DNA of 64,000 nt, from assembly GCA_965277715.1 (NCBI GenBank), contig OZ255836.1, forward strand, positions 2,336,001 to 2,400,000. Direction: 5' to 3'. Under the pieces are notes generated by a model that saw only the letters and a list, made by a program, of their open reading frames with translations, did no database searches and was not told where the DNA came from. Position numbers and translations under genes: made by a program. The stretch is from Gammaproteobacteria bacterium (GTDB lineage Bacteria; Pseudomonadota; Gammaproteobacteria; JBCCGL01). Below are positions 42,390 to 52,955 of this stretch, piece by piece. Each line of letters begins with the position of its first letter. Position 1 is the first letter of the stretch.

Positions 42390-43886
42390 CTACGCTTTAG
42401 GAACTGTCAGTGCAATAAAATGCGGGGCGTTATTGCGCAGCACCAATACGGGCAGGGCGTGCTCTCTCGGGGCACTCTCGACCAGTTGATCAAGCTGCTG
42501 GGACGACTGCACATCGGCCTTGTTAAACGACACGATAATATCGCCACGGCGAATACCCGCTTTAGCCGCCGGGCTGTTGGCAGCTACATCGGCAGCACGC
42601 ACGCCGTGGGGAATATCAAACTTTTTGCGTTCCTGCTCACTTAAGTCTGCCGCCTTGACGCCCAATACCGAAGGCGCTGTCGGTTTTTGTGCCGCCGTTT
42701 TAACGGTTCCCCGATCCTGTTGCAGCTCGCGCACAGTGACTTGCAAGGTAAGCGGTTCACCATTGCGGATGACCTCAACGCTGGCGGTTTTTCCTGGGTT
42801 GGTGGCACCCACCAATGGCGGTAGTTCTGAGGAGTCACCCACGGATGCACCACCAAATGAAACAATGACATCACCCGTTTGGATACCTGCCTCCTGGGCG
42901 GGGCTGTCAGTGCTCACCTGCGATACCAAGGCGCCTTTAGGGCGATCCAGGCCAAACGATTCGGCCAGGGATTTATCCATATCCTGGATCAACACGCCCA
43001 GCCAACCATAACTGGCGTAACCCTTGGCTTTGAGTTGCTCGCTGACGTTTTTAACCACGTTGATAGGAATGGCAAACGACAAGCCCATAAAACCGCCCGA
43101 GCGGGTGTAGATTTGCGCATTAACGCCAATGACATTGCCGTCGGTGTCAAACAGCGGGCCGCCAGAGTTGCCTGGGTTTACAGCCGCATCGGTCTGGATA
43201 AACGGCACATAGCTATCACCGCGCAGGCTGCGGGAAACCGCACTGATGATGCCCTGGGTGGCGGTGTATTCAAACCCAAACGGCGAGCCAATGGCGAGCA
43301 CCCACTGCCCCACCTGCAAGTCGTCAGAGTCGCCGAGGCTAACCGCTGTCAGGTCGCTGGCATCGATTTTCAACAGCGCCACATCGGTGCGCTTATCAGC
43401 GCCTACCAGGGTTGCAACAAATTCGCGCCGGTCTTGCAGGCTGACGCGGATCTCCTCTGCACCATCGACGACGTGGGCATTAGTGACCACATAACCATCG
43501 TCGCTCATAATAAAGCCGGAGCCAAAACCCGCACCACCTCTCGGGCCGGGTCGATTCGGCATCTGCTCAAAGAAACGCTTAAACTGTTCCGGTATTTGTT
43601 GCGGCATGGACTGGGATCCGGGGGCCGTTGATGAAGTGGCAACGGTGGGGGCCACGGCGGTAACCCGTACAACGGCTGCGCTTTGTTCCTCGACAAGTTT
43701 CGCGTAGTCCGGCAGCGCTTTTGCGAAAGCCGGGGCAACACTGAGCACGGCCAATGCCAACAGTAAAAACAGTGATAATGTCCCGTTAAAAGATGTGCGC
43801 CCCTGTGTGTCAACACTGCGAGCAGGCGCCGCCTGATGGTGGTTTGTGGTGGTCTGGTCAAATGCAAAAATACGGATTAAGTTCAT
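42390..43886 (-). CDS. Do/DegQ family periplasmic serine endoprotease with two PDZ domains
   Basis: GSGFI, TNAHV, DVALLK, NPGNSGGP. Confidence 0.95.
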   Translation of the reverse strand: MNLIRIFAFDQTTTNHHQAAPARSVDTQGRTSFNGTLSLFLLLALAVLSVAPAFAKALPDYAKLVEEQSAAVVRVTAVAPTVATSSTAPGSQSMPQQIPEQFKRFFEQMPNRPGPRGGAGFGSGFIMSDDGYVVTNAHVVDGAEEIRVSLQDRREFVATLVGADKRTDVALLKIDASDLTAVSLGDSDDLQVGQWVLAIGSPFGFEYTATQGIISAVSRSLRGDSYVPFIQTDAAVNPGNSGGPLFDTDGNVIGVNAQIYTRSGGFMGLSFAIPINVVKNVSEQLKAKGYASYGWLGVLIQDMDKSLAESFGLDRPKGALVSQVSTDSPAQEAGIQTGDVIVSFGGASVGDSSELPPLVGATNPGKTASVEVIRNGEPLTLQVTVRELQQDRGTVKTAAQKPTAPSVLGVKAADLSEQERKKFDIPHGVRAADVAANSPAAKAGIRRGDIIVSFNKADVQSSQQLDQLVESAPREHALPVLVLRNNAPHFIALTVPKA

Positions 43887-44005
43887 AACGCGTCTCCTGT
43901 GAATGTGTTTTCAGTGTTGCGCCTATGACCTTTCCAAAGCCTTTCCGCTGCATTACAAACCAGTCATATGATTTATTCAGTACAGACACTATTATTGTCA
44001 ACACT

Positions 44006-44683
44006 ATGAGATTACTAATTGTTGAAGACGACAGAGAAACCGCCAGTTACCTGGTTAAAGGGTTAACTGAATGTGGCCACGTGATCGACCATGCAGGCGA
44101 CGGCGATACCGGCCTGGATTACGCACTGGTCAATGCGTATGACGTACTGGTCATCGATCGCATGTTACCCAGGCGGGACGGCTTATCGATTATCGCCGAA
44201 CTGCGCAAAAGCGGTAACAGTACACCGGTGTTGATTCTCAGCGCGCTGGATGCCGTCGATGAACGTGTCGAGGGGCTAGCTGCCGGTGGCGATGATTACC
44301 TGACCAAACCCTATGCGCTCAATGAGTTAATTGCGCGCCTCGAAGCGCTGGTGCGGCGCGCTCACCCAGAGCATGCCTCAACCCTGTTACACGTGGGTGG
44401 TTTGAAGCTCGATTTGTTAAAGCGCAAGGTAAAACGCGACGGTGTGCGGATTAACTTACAGCCGCGTGAGTTCAGGTTGCTCGAATATTTGATGCGCCAC
44501 GCCGGCCAGGTGGTCACCCGCACCATGCTGCTGGAGAATGTCTGGGACTATCACTTTGACCCGCAAACGAATGTGATCGATGTGCAGATCAGCAGGCTGC
44601 GCAGCAAGATAGATAAGGACTTTGAACACTCGATGCTGCATACGGTGCGCGGTGCCGGTTACCGCCTGAATGCGGTGGAGTGA
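44006..44683 (+). CDS. OmpR family response regulator
   Basis: LIVEDD, DRMLP, DDYLTKP, HTVRGAGY. Confidence 0.95.
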   Translation: MRLLIVEDDRETASYLVKGLTECGHVIDHAGDGDTGLDYALVNAYDVLVIDRMLPRRDGLSIIAELRKSGNSTPVLILSALDAVDERVEGLAAGGDDYLTKPYALNELIARLEALVRRAHPEHASTLLHVGGLKLDLLKRKVKRDGVRINLQPREFRLLEYLMRHAGQVVTRTMLLENVWDYHFDPQTNVIDVQISRLRSKIDKDFEHSMLHTVRGAGYRLNAVE

Positions 44684-44784
44684 AGTCACCACCACACGCT
44701 ATCTGTTCCCACTGTCTGTCTGCCAGGCCGTTGGCTAATACGGCTTACTCTGCCTCTGCCGCGCACATGATGTAAGCTAATACT

Positions 44785-46164
44785 ATGCGCCGGATCAGCC
44801 TATTTCGTACCACCGCCCTGCGTTTGACGTTGGTACATGCCACGCTGTTCAGTCTGCTGACGGCCGCCACGCTGGGTTATATCTATTGGTCGACGCGTGA
44901 CCAGATCGAATCACAGGTCGATACACGGTTGCGCCTGGAATCCGATGTGTTGATCAACCTGTACAAATCCGGCGCCCTGCCGGAGTTGATGAACGCCCTG
45001 CAAAAACGCAATCAAATCGATCAGTACGGGCGCTTTTACTATCTATCCAGTGCGGAAAAAGGCCCCCTGACCGGCCCTTCCGGCTGGCCGTTGCGGATCA
45101 ACACGATTCGCACCCACTCAACCGTGCGCCTGGCGGATGTCATCGATTTACCGGCTGACAGTCAGCGTGCCGATTTGCCGGTGCGGGTAGCGGAAACCCA
45201 ACTGGCTGATGGCTTGAAATTATTTATCGGTCACGAGATTACTGATGAGCAGGCACTGCTTGAGCACACTTTTTTGCTGGTAGTGAGCGCTTCAACCCTA
45301 ACGCTGTTATTCGCCTTGATCGGTGGTGTCGCGGTTGCGTATAACGTGCTTCGCCGGGTCGACTCGGTGAGCCGCACCACCAATGAAATTATGGACGGCG
45401 ACCTGACCCAGCGCGTACCGATCACCGGCCGTTACGATGAATTTGATGCTCTGGCCAAACGCATTAACGATATGCTGGATCGTATCGAGCAACTGATGCG
45501 CAGCATGCAACAGGTCACCAGCAATGTTGCCCACGATCTGCGCAGCCCACTTAACCGCCTGCGCAATCGCCTGGAAGTCACCCTGCTCGAACAGCGCGAT
45601 GACGAGGAATACCGCCGCATTATGCAACAGTCTATCGAGGAGGCCGATGGGCTGATCAATACGTTTAACGCGCTGCTCAGTATTGCCAAGCTGCAATCTG
45701 GCATTGATAGAAGCCAGTGGAAAACGGTGCACCTGGGTGAGTTGGCAGAAGAGCTGGCAGAGCTTTATCTGCCGGTTGCCGAGGAGTGTGGTATCCATTT
45801 CACCTGCAACATACATAGCAACCCGGCGATAACCGCCAACCGGCACCTGGTGGCCCAGGCGTTGACTAACTTATTGGACAACGCGATTAAGTACGCCGGG
45901 ACAGGCAGCCGTATTGTGATTTCGGTCAACGATTCGCCAACGGGCGCGAGCCTGTCCATTGCCGATAGTGGGCCGGGGATTCCCCCCACTGAACGCCAGC
46001 GCGTATTGCAACAATTTGTGCGCCTTGAAACCGAGCGCAACACCCCTGGAAATGGCTTGGGTCTGAGCCTGGTTAAGGCGATTTGTCAGTTTCATGGGGC
46101 GGTGCTGGCGCTCGATGACAATGCGCCGGGGTTGATTGCCACCATTCAGTTCAACCCAACTTAG
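44785..46164 (+). CDS. HAMP-domain sensor histidine kinase
   Basis: Two TM segments, AHDLRSPL, NLLDNAIKY, DSGPGI, GLGL. Confidence 0.95.
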   Translation: MRRISLFRTTALRLTLVHATLFSLLTAATLGYIYWSTRDQIESQVDTRLRLESDVLINLYKSGALPELMNALQKRNQIDQYGRFYYLSSAEKGPLTGPSGWPLRINTIRTHSTVRLADVIDLPADSQRADLPVRVAETQLADGLKLFIGHEITDEQALLEHTFLLVVSASTLTLLFALIGGVAVAYNVLRRVDSVSRTTNEIMDGDLTQRVPITGRYDEFDALAKRINDMLDRIEQLMRSMQQVTSNVAHDLRSPLNRLRNRLEVTLLEQRDDEEYRRIMQQSIEEADGLINTFNALLSIAKLQSGIDRSQWKTVHLGELAEELAELYLPVAEECGIHFTCNIHSNPAITANRHLVAQALTNLLDNAIKYAGTGSRIVISVNDSPTGASLSIADSGPGIPPTERQRVLQQFVRLETERNTPGNGLGLSLVKAICQFHGAVLALDDNAPGLIATIQFNPT

Positions 46165-46203
46165 TGCCCTGGCCCCTCAAATGCCAGGCACTCTGTGCCC
46201 TTT

Positions 46204-47577
46204 TCAGCTACGCGACTTGCCTGTCTCAATCCCCAGGCTACGCAGCTTGCGGTATAAATGAGTACGCTCCATGCCCACCCGTTTCGACAGTTCCCCCATG
46301 CTGCCGTCGGCGGCTTCAAGCTGTTGCACTAAATAACTGCGCTCAAACTCAGCCCGCGCTTCACGTAGCGACAGGTTCAGCGGAATAGCGATCAGCCCCG
46401 GCGTGCCATGCTTGTTTGCCGGTTGGTCACGCAGGACACTTTCAACTTCTTCAAGCTCAATTTCAACGCCACTGCCCATCACCAATAGCTGCTGTACCCG
46501 GTTTTTTAACTCGCGGATATTGCCCGGCCAGGTGTAATTGCGCAGGCGGTTTTGCGCGGCAACGGTAAAGTGACGATAGGGCAGGCTCTCCTGGTCGACA
46601 AGCCAATCGACGTAGTATTCAAGCAGCGCGGGAATATCCTCCGGGTGTTCGCGCAGGCCCAGCGTGTGCACCGGTATAACATTGAGCGTGTAATACAAAT
46701 CCTCATTGAATTCGCCATTCACCAGCAGGCGTTGCAGATCAACCGTTGAAGAGGCCATGAGACGCACATCCAGAGGCAGCGTGCGCATACTCCCGACACG
46801 CGAAAACCGCTTTGCCTTTATCGCACTCAACAACAATGACTGTACCTGTACCGATAAATCACCGACCTCGCCGAGGTGCAATACCCCCCCCTGTGCCTGT
46901 TCCAATACCCCCTTGGAGACAGTGCCCGCATGCTCACTGCCAAACAGCTCAACCGTGGCGTTTTTCTCATCCAGCATATCGCAACGCAGGCTGATAAACG
47001 GCTTGGCTGCCCGCTCACTGTTTTGGTGGATATGGTGCAATATCAAGGTTTTACCTGATGCCGCCTCACCACTCACCAACACGTTGACATCGGTCTTACT
47101 GAGTTTATCGATCTGCTGGCGCAGGCTGTCGATATACACACTGCGCCCGATCAGCGCATTGGCTTTGCCCGGCACTGATTCATCGACGGCGTATTGTGTG
47201 TTGTTGCGGGTACTGGCGAGCGCCTTCTCGACAACCATCAACAATTTAGCCAGCGATAGCGGCTTTTCAACAAAATCATAAGCACCCAGGCGCGTCGCTT
47301 CAACAGCGGTTTCGACCGTGCCATGCCCGGACATCATCACCACAGGAAATGACAATTCCCGCCGGTTGCGCCAATCCTTAAGCAGCGAAATACCGTCTTC
47401 ACCCGGCATCCAGATATCCAATAACATCAAGTCCGGTGTTTGCTCGGCTTTGCTGGCGCGGGCGCTGCGGGCGCTATCGGCCACCTTGACCAGATAACCT
47501 TCGTCCTCAAGGATTTCCTTGACCAGATCGCGAATGCCCGGCTCATCATCCACCACCAGAATATACGGTGCTCTCAT
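46204..47577 (-). CDS. ntrX: NtrX-like response regulator (receiver, AAA+, Fis HTH)
   Basis: DIWMPGEDG, WPGNIREL, ERTHLYRKL; lacks GAFTGA; paired with ntrY. Confidence 0.85.
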   Translation of the reverse strand: MRAPYILVVDDEPGIRDLVKEILEDEGYLVKVADSARSARASKAEQTPDLMLLDIWMPGEDGISLLKDWRNRRELSFPVVMMSGHGTVETAVEATRLGAYDFVEKPLSLAKLLMVVEKALASTRNNTQYAVDESVPGKANALIGRSVYIDSLRQQIDKLSKTDVNVLVSGEAASGKTLILHHIHQNSERAAKPFISLRCDMLDEKNATVELFGSEHAGTVSKGVLEQAQGGVLHLGEVGDLSVQVQSLLLSAIKAKRFSRVGSMRTLPLDVRLMASSTVDLQRLLVNGEFNEDLYYTLNVIPVHTLGLREHPEDIPALLEYYVDWLVDQESLPYRHFTVAAQNRLRNYTWPGNIRELKNRVQQLLVMGSGVEIELEEVESVLRDQPANKHGTPGLIAIPLNLSLREARAEFERSYLVQQLEAADGSMGELSKRVGMERTHLYRKLRSLGIETGKSRS

Positions 47578-49766
47578 GCGCTATCACCTTGTTGTTGTGC
47601 AGACGCCACTGGCAATCTCACACGAATACGCGCCCCACCAGATGGGCTATTACCCGCCGAGACACTGCCGCCGTGCTCTTCTACTATCTTTTTTACAATC
47701 GCCAGCCCCAGCCCGCTGCCTTTGGGTTTGGAGGTAACATAAGGTTCAAACAAACGATCGAGTGCCTCAGAGGGCAGGCCGGGGCCTGCATCTTCCACGG
47801 TCAATTCGACGAACTGGCCGCGCCGTGCTGAAAACAGCCGTGTCTGTAGCAATACCGAGGCGACATTGACCTGGCTCTGTGCCTCGATCGCGTTTTTAAT
47901 CAGATTGTGCAGCAACTGGCGCAGACGCGAGCCATCGGCCATCACCATCGGCAATTGCTGATCGAGATCCAGATTCAACGCCAGGGTGGTATCCAGCCCA
48001 TAGTACAATTCGGCGGTCTCGCTCACCAACTGATTCACCGACAAGGCCTGAAAATCCGCCGTAGGGGTATTGGCATAATCGGCAAATGCCTTGACCATTG
48101 ATTTCATCGACTCGACCTGCTGCACAATAGTGTGCGTCGAACGATCCAGTATATCGGCGTCCGCCTGATCCATGGTGTGTTGCATCTTTTCCAGTAGTTT
48201 GTGGCGCATGCGTTCAGCGGACAGTTGAATAGGGGTTAGCGGGTTTTTAATTTCGTGTGCCAGGCGGCGCGCCACCTCACTCCAGGCGGCTTCGCGCTGG
48301 GCGCTGACCATCGTGGTCACATCGTCAAAAACCAGTACATACCCCGAATCGATACCCTCGTGCTCACCAATCTTTGCCCCACGGCAGACAATTATCTTGC
48401 GCCCGTCGACACCAGACAGTTCAAACTCTGCACTCCATTCATCCCCCCCCCTATCGAGGTAGGGAAGCAAAATCGTGCCAAACTGCTGCTGTAACTCGTG
48501 CTCTGCATCAACAGCCCCAAAGGCACTATTGCCCAATAGCGCCGATGTCGTTTCCAGAATGGTGGCGGCGGCCTCGTTGGCGGTGTGTATCACACGGTCA
48601 TTGCCCACCGTTACCACACCGGTAGAAATCCGCGCCAATACCGCTTCGAGATAGGCGTGCTGGCTTTCCACCTGCATTTGGCTGGTTTCCGCTGCATCCC
48701 GTGCGCGGGATATGCGCATGGTCATATCGTTAAATGAGCGCACCAGAAAACCCAATTCGTCCTCACCCGGATTGGGCAGGCGCGTCGAATAGTCACCTTT
48801 GGCGACGGCGTGCGTGCCCTCGACCAAATGATGGATCGGCAACATTAAACGCCGGGCGGCGTAAAATGCAAACCACACCGCCACCAATGCACTCAACATC
48901 AATACCAACGACAAAGTCAGCATATAACTGACCTTGAGTGGCTCGCGCAAAATCACCAGCTGGCGGTAGTTTTGATAGGTTTCCTCGACGCTCCCGGCGA
49001 GCGTGCCAAGGTCTTCAGACAAGGGAAACAGGCCCTGCAACAGGTGGTTGGCAACGGTGGGGTCAGAGGCCAGAACAGGCACGAGAATCCGCGCAAAAAA
49101 ATTGCCGTCACCGATTGTGTCCACCGAGACATACTGGCCTGTTTCACGCACCGTCGACACCAACTCCTCGCCGGGCAGGTGAGACATCACATCGCCAAAC
49201 GCACCGCCCCGCGAGGCCAGAATTTCACCGTCTGAAGACATCAACAACCACTCGACACTGGTATCGCCATCGTCGGCGTTGGTCAGCACCAACACCGCTT
49301 CATCTACGGAGGTATCGGCCAGTTGTTCCGCCACCGAGCGGGCCGACTGTTGCAGCGTGCGCATCTGTAAACTGATCGAATCGCGGCTTAGCTGGGTCGA
49401 TTGATCCAGCGCCTGCTCGACCTCATTATTAAACCAACTGTCGATCCCGGAGCGCAAAAAATTGATCGAGAAAGAATACACAATGCCCACCGGCACCAGC
49501 GCGATCACCACCAGCATAATCACCAGCTTTACCGTCAACTGCGAGCCGGCCTCACGCTGGCGAAACTGGCGCAGCAATTGCCGCGCATTAATGGAAATCA
49601 ACACCAGAATAAACAACACACCGAGCGCATTCAGCACCAGCAACCAACGGTAGTAGCGTTCAAATGTCTCTGGATCCTGGGCGGTATCACCGAGTACATA
49701 CAGCGACAGCAGCAGTAACAGAAAAAGAATCAATATGGGTAACACGCCGTTGGCCAAACGCTGCAT
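47574..49766 (-). CDS. ntrY: NtrY-like sensor histidine kinase
   Basis: IDSWF, AWSEVARRLAHEIKNPLTPIQLSAER. Confidence 0.88.
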   Translation of the reverse strand: MQRLANGVLPILILFLLLLLSLYVLGDTAQDPETFERYYRWLLVLNALGVLFILVLISINARQLLRQFRQREAGSQLTVKLVIMLVVIALVPVGIVYSFSINFLRSGIDSWFNNEVEQALDQSTQLSRDSISLQMRTLQQSARSVAEQLADTSVDEAVLVLTNADDGDTSVEWLLMSSDGEILASRGGAFGDVMSHLPGEELVSTVRETGQYVSVDTIGDGNFFARILVPVLASDPTVANHLLQGLFPLSEDLGTLAGSVEETYQNYRQLVILREPLKVSYMLTLSLVLMLSALVAVWFAFYAARRLMLPIHHLVEGTHAVAKGDYSTRLPNPGEDELGFLVRSFNDMTMRISRARDAAETSQMQVESQHAYLEAVLARISTGVVTVGNDRVIHTANEAAATILETTSALLGNSAFGAVDAEHELQQQFGTILLPYLDRGGDEWSAEFELSGVDGRKIIVCRGAKIGEHEGIDSGYVLVFDDVTTMVSAQREAAWSEVARRLAHEIKNPLTPIQLSAERMRHKLLEKMQHTMDQADADILDRSTHTIVQQVESMKSMVKAFADYANTPTADFQALSVNQLVSETAELYYGLDTTLALNLDLDQQLPMVMADGSRLRQLLHNLIKNAIEAQSQVNVASVLLQTRLFSARRGQFVELTVEDAGPGLPSEALDRLFEPYVTSKPKGSGLGLAIVKKIVEEHGGSVSAGNSPSGGARIRVRLPVASAQQQGDSA

Positions 49767-50060
49767 CAGCAACGCACTCCAACGCAGAGGAGGATAAGGG
49801 GGAGTCGATACCCGCACGGTGTATACCATCAGTGTTGATAAACGGTGCAATGTAACATAATCGCGGGTCAAAGCGGCCCAATCTGGCTGTTCATTGGCAG
49901 CTTATATCCGCAGTGTTTTGCAGGAAGTGTCTGTGTCGGGCAATGTTCAGACTATTAATAACCTGGATTTAGCTGATCAGTATTTTGGACTCAAAGGGCG
50001 CTACGCTGGCACTACCAGAGCGAGGTTCAAAGCGTGAAGTGGCAAGCTTTGATTGATGAT

Positions 50061-50080
50061 CCTAAATTCCGCAGTTGAAT
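50061..50080. repeat. Single terminus of MITE family A overlapping the fmt stop codon
   Basis: CCTAAATTCCGCAGTTGAAT. Confidence 0.75.
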
Positions 50081-51009
50081 TGTTCACCCAGCATAGGGTG
50101 GGCGTTGACAAATGGCCCCGCGTCCAGTGGCTTACCACCGGGCAGTTGCACCTGCAACAACCGCAGCAACCCATCACCGGTTACCACATCGATACCCTTT
50201 TTATCCGCATTGACGATATCACCGGGCCGCCCCGTTGCACGGCCACCGGGCAGTGTCGATGCCCAAATGCGCAGGCGCTGGCCCCGCCAGGTGGTTTCAG
50301 CGACCGGCCAGGGCACGAAGGCGCACACCTGCCGGTGCAGGTGCGTGGCGGGGTGCGACCAATCGATAGGCGCTTCCCGCTTGTGCAGTTTCTCTGCGTA
50401 AACGGCGGCATGGTTATCCTGCGCTACGGGCTTCAAGCCACCTGACTGCACGCTTGCCAATACCGGCATGAGCGCCTCAGCCCCCATTGTGGCCAGGCGG
50501 TCATGCAGTGTTTGCGCGGTATCACCCAGGTCAATAGGGCACGCCGCGCTGTGCAGCATAGCGCCTGTATCAAGCCCCGCATCCATTTGCATAATCGTGA
50601 CACCGGTTTCAGTATCACCCGCCAATAATGCGCGCTGGATAGGGGCGGCACCGCGCCAACGCGGCAACAGTGAGGCATGGATATTCAGGCACCCATAAAT
50701 CGGCGTGGTGAGTACGGCTGGCGGCAAAATCAATCCGTAGGCGACGACGACCATCAGGTCAGCATTGAGATCGGCCAACTCGGCTTGGGCGTGTGTATCG
50801 CGCAGTGAAACAGGCTGAAACACCGGGCAACCGGTGGCTTGTGCACACTGCTTGACCGGGCTGGGGGTCAACTTACGCCCCCGACCAGCGGGTCGGTCCG
50901 GCTGGGTGTAAACCGCACACACCTGATGCCTTGAGTGCAGTAAAGCCTGCAAAGTGGGCACCGCAAAATCGGGGGTGCCCGCAAAAATAATGCGTAGAGG
51001 GTCGGCCAT
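50062..51009 (-). CDS. fmt: Methionyl-tRNA formyltransferase
   Basis: FAGTPDFA, NIHASLLPRWRGAAPIQR. Confidence 0.98.
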   Translation of the reverse strand: MADPLRIIFAGTPDFAVPTLQALLHSRHQVCAVYTQPDRPAGRGRKLTPSPVKQCAQATGCPVFQPVSLRDTHAQAELADLNADLMVVVAYGLILPPAVLTTPIYGCLNIHASLLPRWRGAAPIQRALLAGDTETGVTIMQMDAGLDTGAMLHSAACPIDLGDTAQTLHDRLATMGAEALMPVLASVQSGGLKPVAQDNHAAVYAEKLHKREAPIDWSHPATHLHRQVCAFVPWPVAETTWRGQRLRIWASTLPGGRATGRPGDIVNADKKGIDVVTGDGLLRLLQVQLPGGKPLDAGPFVNAHPMLGEQFNCGI

Positions 51010-51039
51010 GGGGTAAATCCGGGTGGAGAGTAATCCGGG

Positions 51040-51540
51040 TTAAGCGTTGCGCTTTTCCTTAAGCAGCTTCTTGCGAATCCGGTCTCGCTTCAGGGTGGAT
51101 AGATAATCGACAAATACTTTGCCATCGAGGTGGTCAATCTCGTGTTGAATACACACCGACAGCAGCTCGTCGGCATCCATCTCAAAGGGCTCGCCGTTGC
51201 GATCCAGCGCCTGTACCCGCACTTTTTCAGCGCGCTGCACCGTTTCAAAATAGCCCGGTATAGAGAGGCACCCCTCCTGCATTTCCCCCTCACCCTCGCG
51301 GTGTAGAATCTGCGGGTTGATAAACACCAGAGGCTGCCCAGCCTCTTCAGAAATATCGATCACCAACAACCGCTTATGCACATTCACCTGGGTGGCGGCG
51401 AGCCCGACGCCAGGTGCGGCATACATGGTTTCAAACATGTCATCAATCAAGGTGCGCAGAGCATCATCCACCTGATCGACGGGGGATGCCACCGTGCGCA
51501 GTCGGCTGTCCGGGTAAACTAATATATCGAGAATGGCCAT
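51040..51540 (-). CDS. def: Peptide deformylase
   Basis: [20 protein letters not shown]. Confidence 0.98.
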   Translation of the reverse strand: MAILDILVYPDSRLRTVASPVDQVDDALRTLIDDMFETMYAAPGVGLAATQVNVHKRLLVIDISEEAGQPLVFINPQILHREGEGEMQEGCLSIPGYFETVQRAEKVRVQALDRNGEPFEMDADELLSVCIQHEIDHLDGKVFVDYLSTLKRDRIRKKLLKEKRNA

Positions 51541-51714
51541 ATACGTAGAGTAAAAATCTAATGTAGAATGAAAAAAAGTGGCGCTAACATTATGATTGTG
51601 CAATACAGTTACACACTGTAAAGGGCTTATTTAACCTGACCCGAATATCTAATAATAAACAGTTGAACAATCTATATAGGCTAAACTTGCTTAAACAATC
51701 ACCTTGTAACTATT

Positions 51715-52899
51715 GTGAATCAAATGACTGTATTGTACACCCTAAACCGGAAAACCCCGCAGCACCGGATTACCGCCCCAGTACTGAGCCTTGCTCTGGT
51801 GTTTTTTTCACTGGGCTGCGCGCAGCAACCAGCAACGCCCCAAACCGCCCCACAGCCTGCACCGGCAAGCGTTAATACAGACACTGAGAGTTCACCCACC
51901 GCAACACCCTCATCGCTCGATGTGGTTGTCGTCGGTGAAGTGGACGATACGGGCGATGGCGATGGCGACAAAAACAGCGATGCCAGGCCACCACCGCTGC
52001 AGATAAAACCATTGGTGGTTAGTGAAAACCCGGGTAGAACGAACCAGGGCAAAACGGACCAGGGTAAAACGAACCCGGGTAAAACGAACCTGGGTAAAAC
52101 GAACCTGGGCAGTGGAGAAGCCCTGACCGAGTCCAGCGGGCAGCAAGACGCCAGACCTACTGTCAAACTAAGACCCCGTTTACGCAGCCTGCCACACAAC
52201 CAGGCGATTCAACTGGTGGCCACCGAAGCCATCAAGCTGTTTACCGACGAACCGCGTGTGCTCGATCAACAAAAAATCGACAGTGCACCGTATATCATTG
52301 GTAGCCTGGATAACCACGTGGCCAGCGCTACCGGTAACACCGTCTATGCACGCGGTATTCTCGATGAAAGCGAACTCTACAGTATCTTCAGGCACGGCAG
52401 AACCCTGAGCAACCCGGATAACGGAAAGGTATTGGGCCAGGAAATGGTCTTTATCGCCGACGCCAAAGTGTTGTCTTACGGTGACCCGTCGACCCTACTC
52501 ATCACCAAAAGCAAACGCGAAACACTCAGCGGTGATGTATTGCTGCCATACAACCGTGACAAATCCAATTACCACTACACCCCCAAAGTACTGGAACAGC
52601 CTGTGCAGGGCACGATTATCTCGTTGTTTAATGCGCTGACACGAGCGGCCCGCAATCAGGTCGTCATTATCAATCGCGGGCAGCGCGATGGTCTGGAGCG
52701 CGGCCATCTGCTAAAACTCGAAAAACGGGGCGAACGGGTGCACGATGTCGTCAGCAAATCGATCAAAAATACACTCACACTGCCAGATATCCGCCTGGGT
52801 ATCGTGATGATTTTCAAAGTCTTTGACCAGGTAAGTTATGGGGTCATCATGGAATCAACCCACACTGTGCAGGTTGGTGATATTGTTACCAACCTTTAA
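51715..52899 (+). CDS. TsaP-like lipoprotein lacking a recognisable LysM domain
   Basis: Position between def and dprA; VKLRPRLR..AI, APYIIG, VVIINRGQRDGLERGH, MIFKVFDQVSYG C-terminal region; lipobox SLGC. Confidence 0.75.
   Translation: MNQMTVLYTLNRKTPQHRITAPVLSLALVFFSLGCAQQPATPQTAPQPAPASVNTDTESSPTATPSSLDVVVVGEVDDTGDGDGDKNSDARPPPLQIKPLVVSENPGRTNQGKTDQGKTNPGKTNLGKTNLGSGEALTESSGQQDARPTVKLRPRLRSLPHNQAIQLVATEAIKLFTDEPRVLDQQKIDSAPYIIGSLDNHVASATGNTVYARGILDESELYSIFRHGRTLSNPDNGKVLGQEMVFIADAKVLSYGDPSTLLITKSKRETLSGDVLLPYNRDKSNYHYTPKVLEQPVQGTIISLFNALTRAARNQVVIINRGQRDGLERGHLLKLEKRGERVHDVVSKSIKNTLTLPDIRLGIVMIFKVFDQVSYGVIMESTHTVQVGDIVTNL
52027..52110 (+). repeat. 15-bp coding tandem repeat, about 5.6 units
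   Basis: AACCNGGGTAAAACG units encoding NPGRT-NQGKT-DQGKT-NPGKT-NLGKT-NLG. Confidence 0.9.
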
Positions 52900-52955
52900 A
52901 TGACTGTAGGCTAAACCCAGGCTTGCCCCGTTACGCAAAGGAGTGTTATTTAACG

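Noticed and set aside
52027-52110. Short repeats as a CRISPR array
   Set aside because: Tandem in-frame 15-mers with no spacers; no cas genes in the window.
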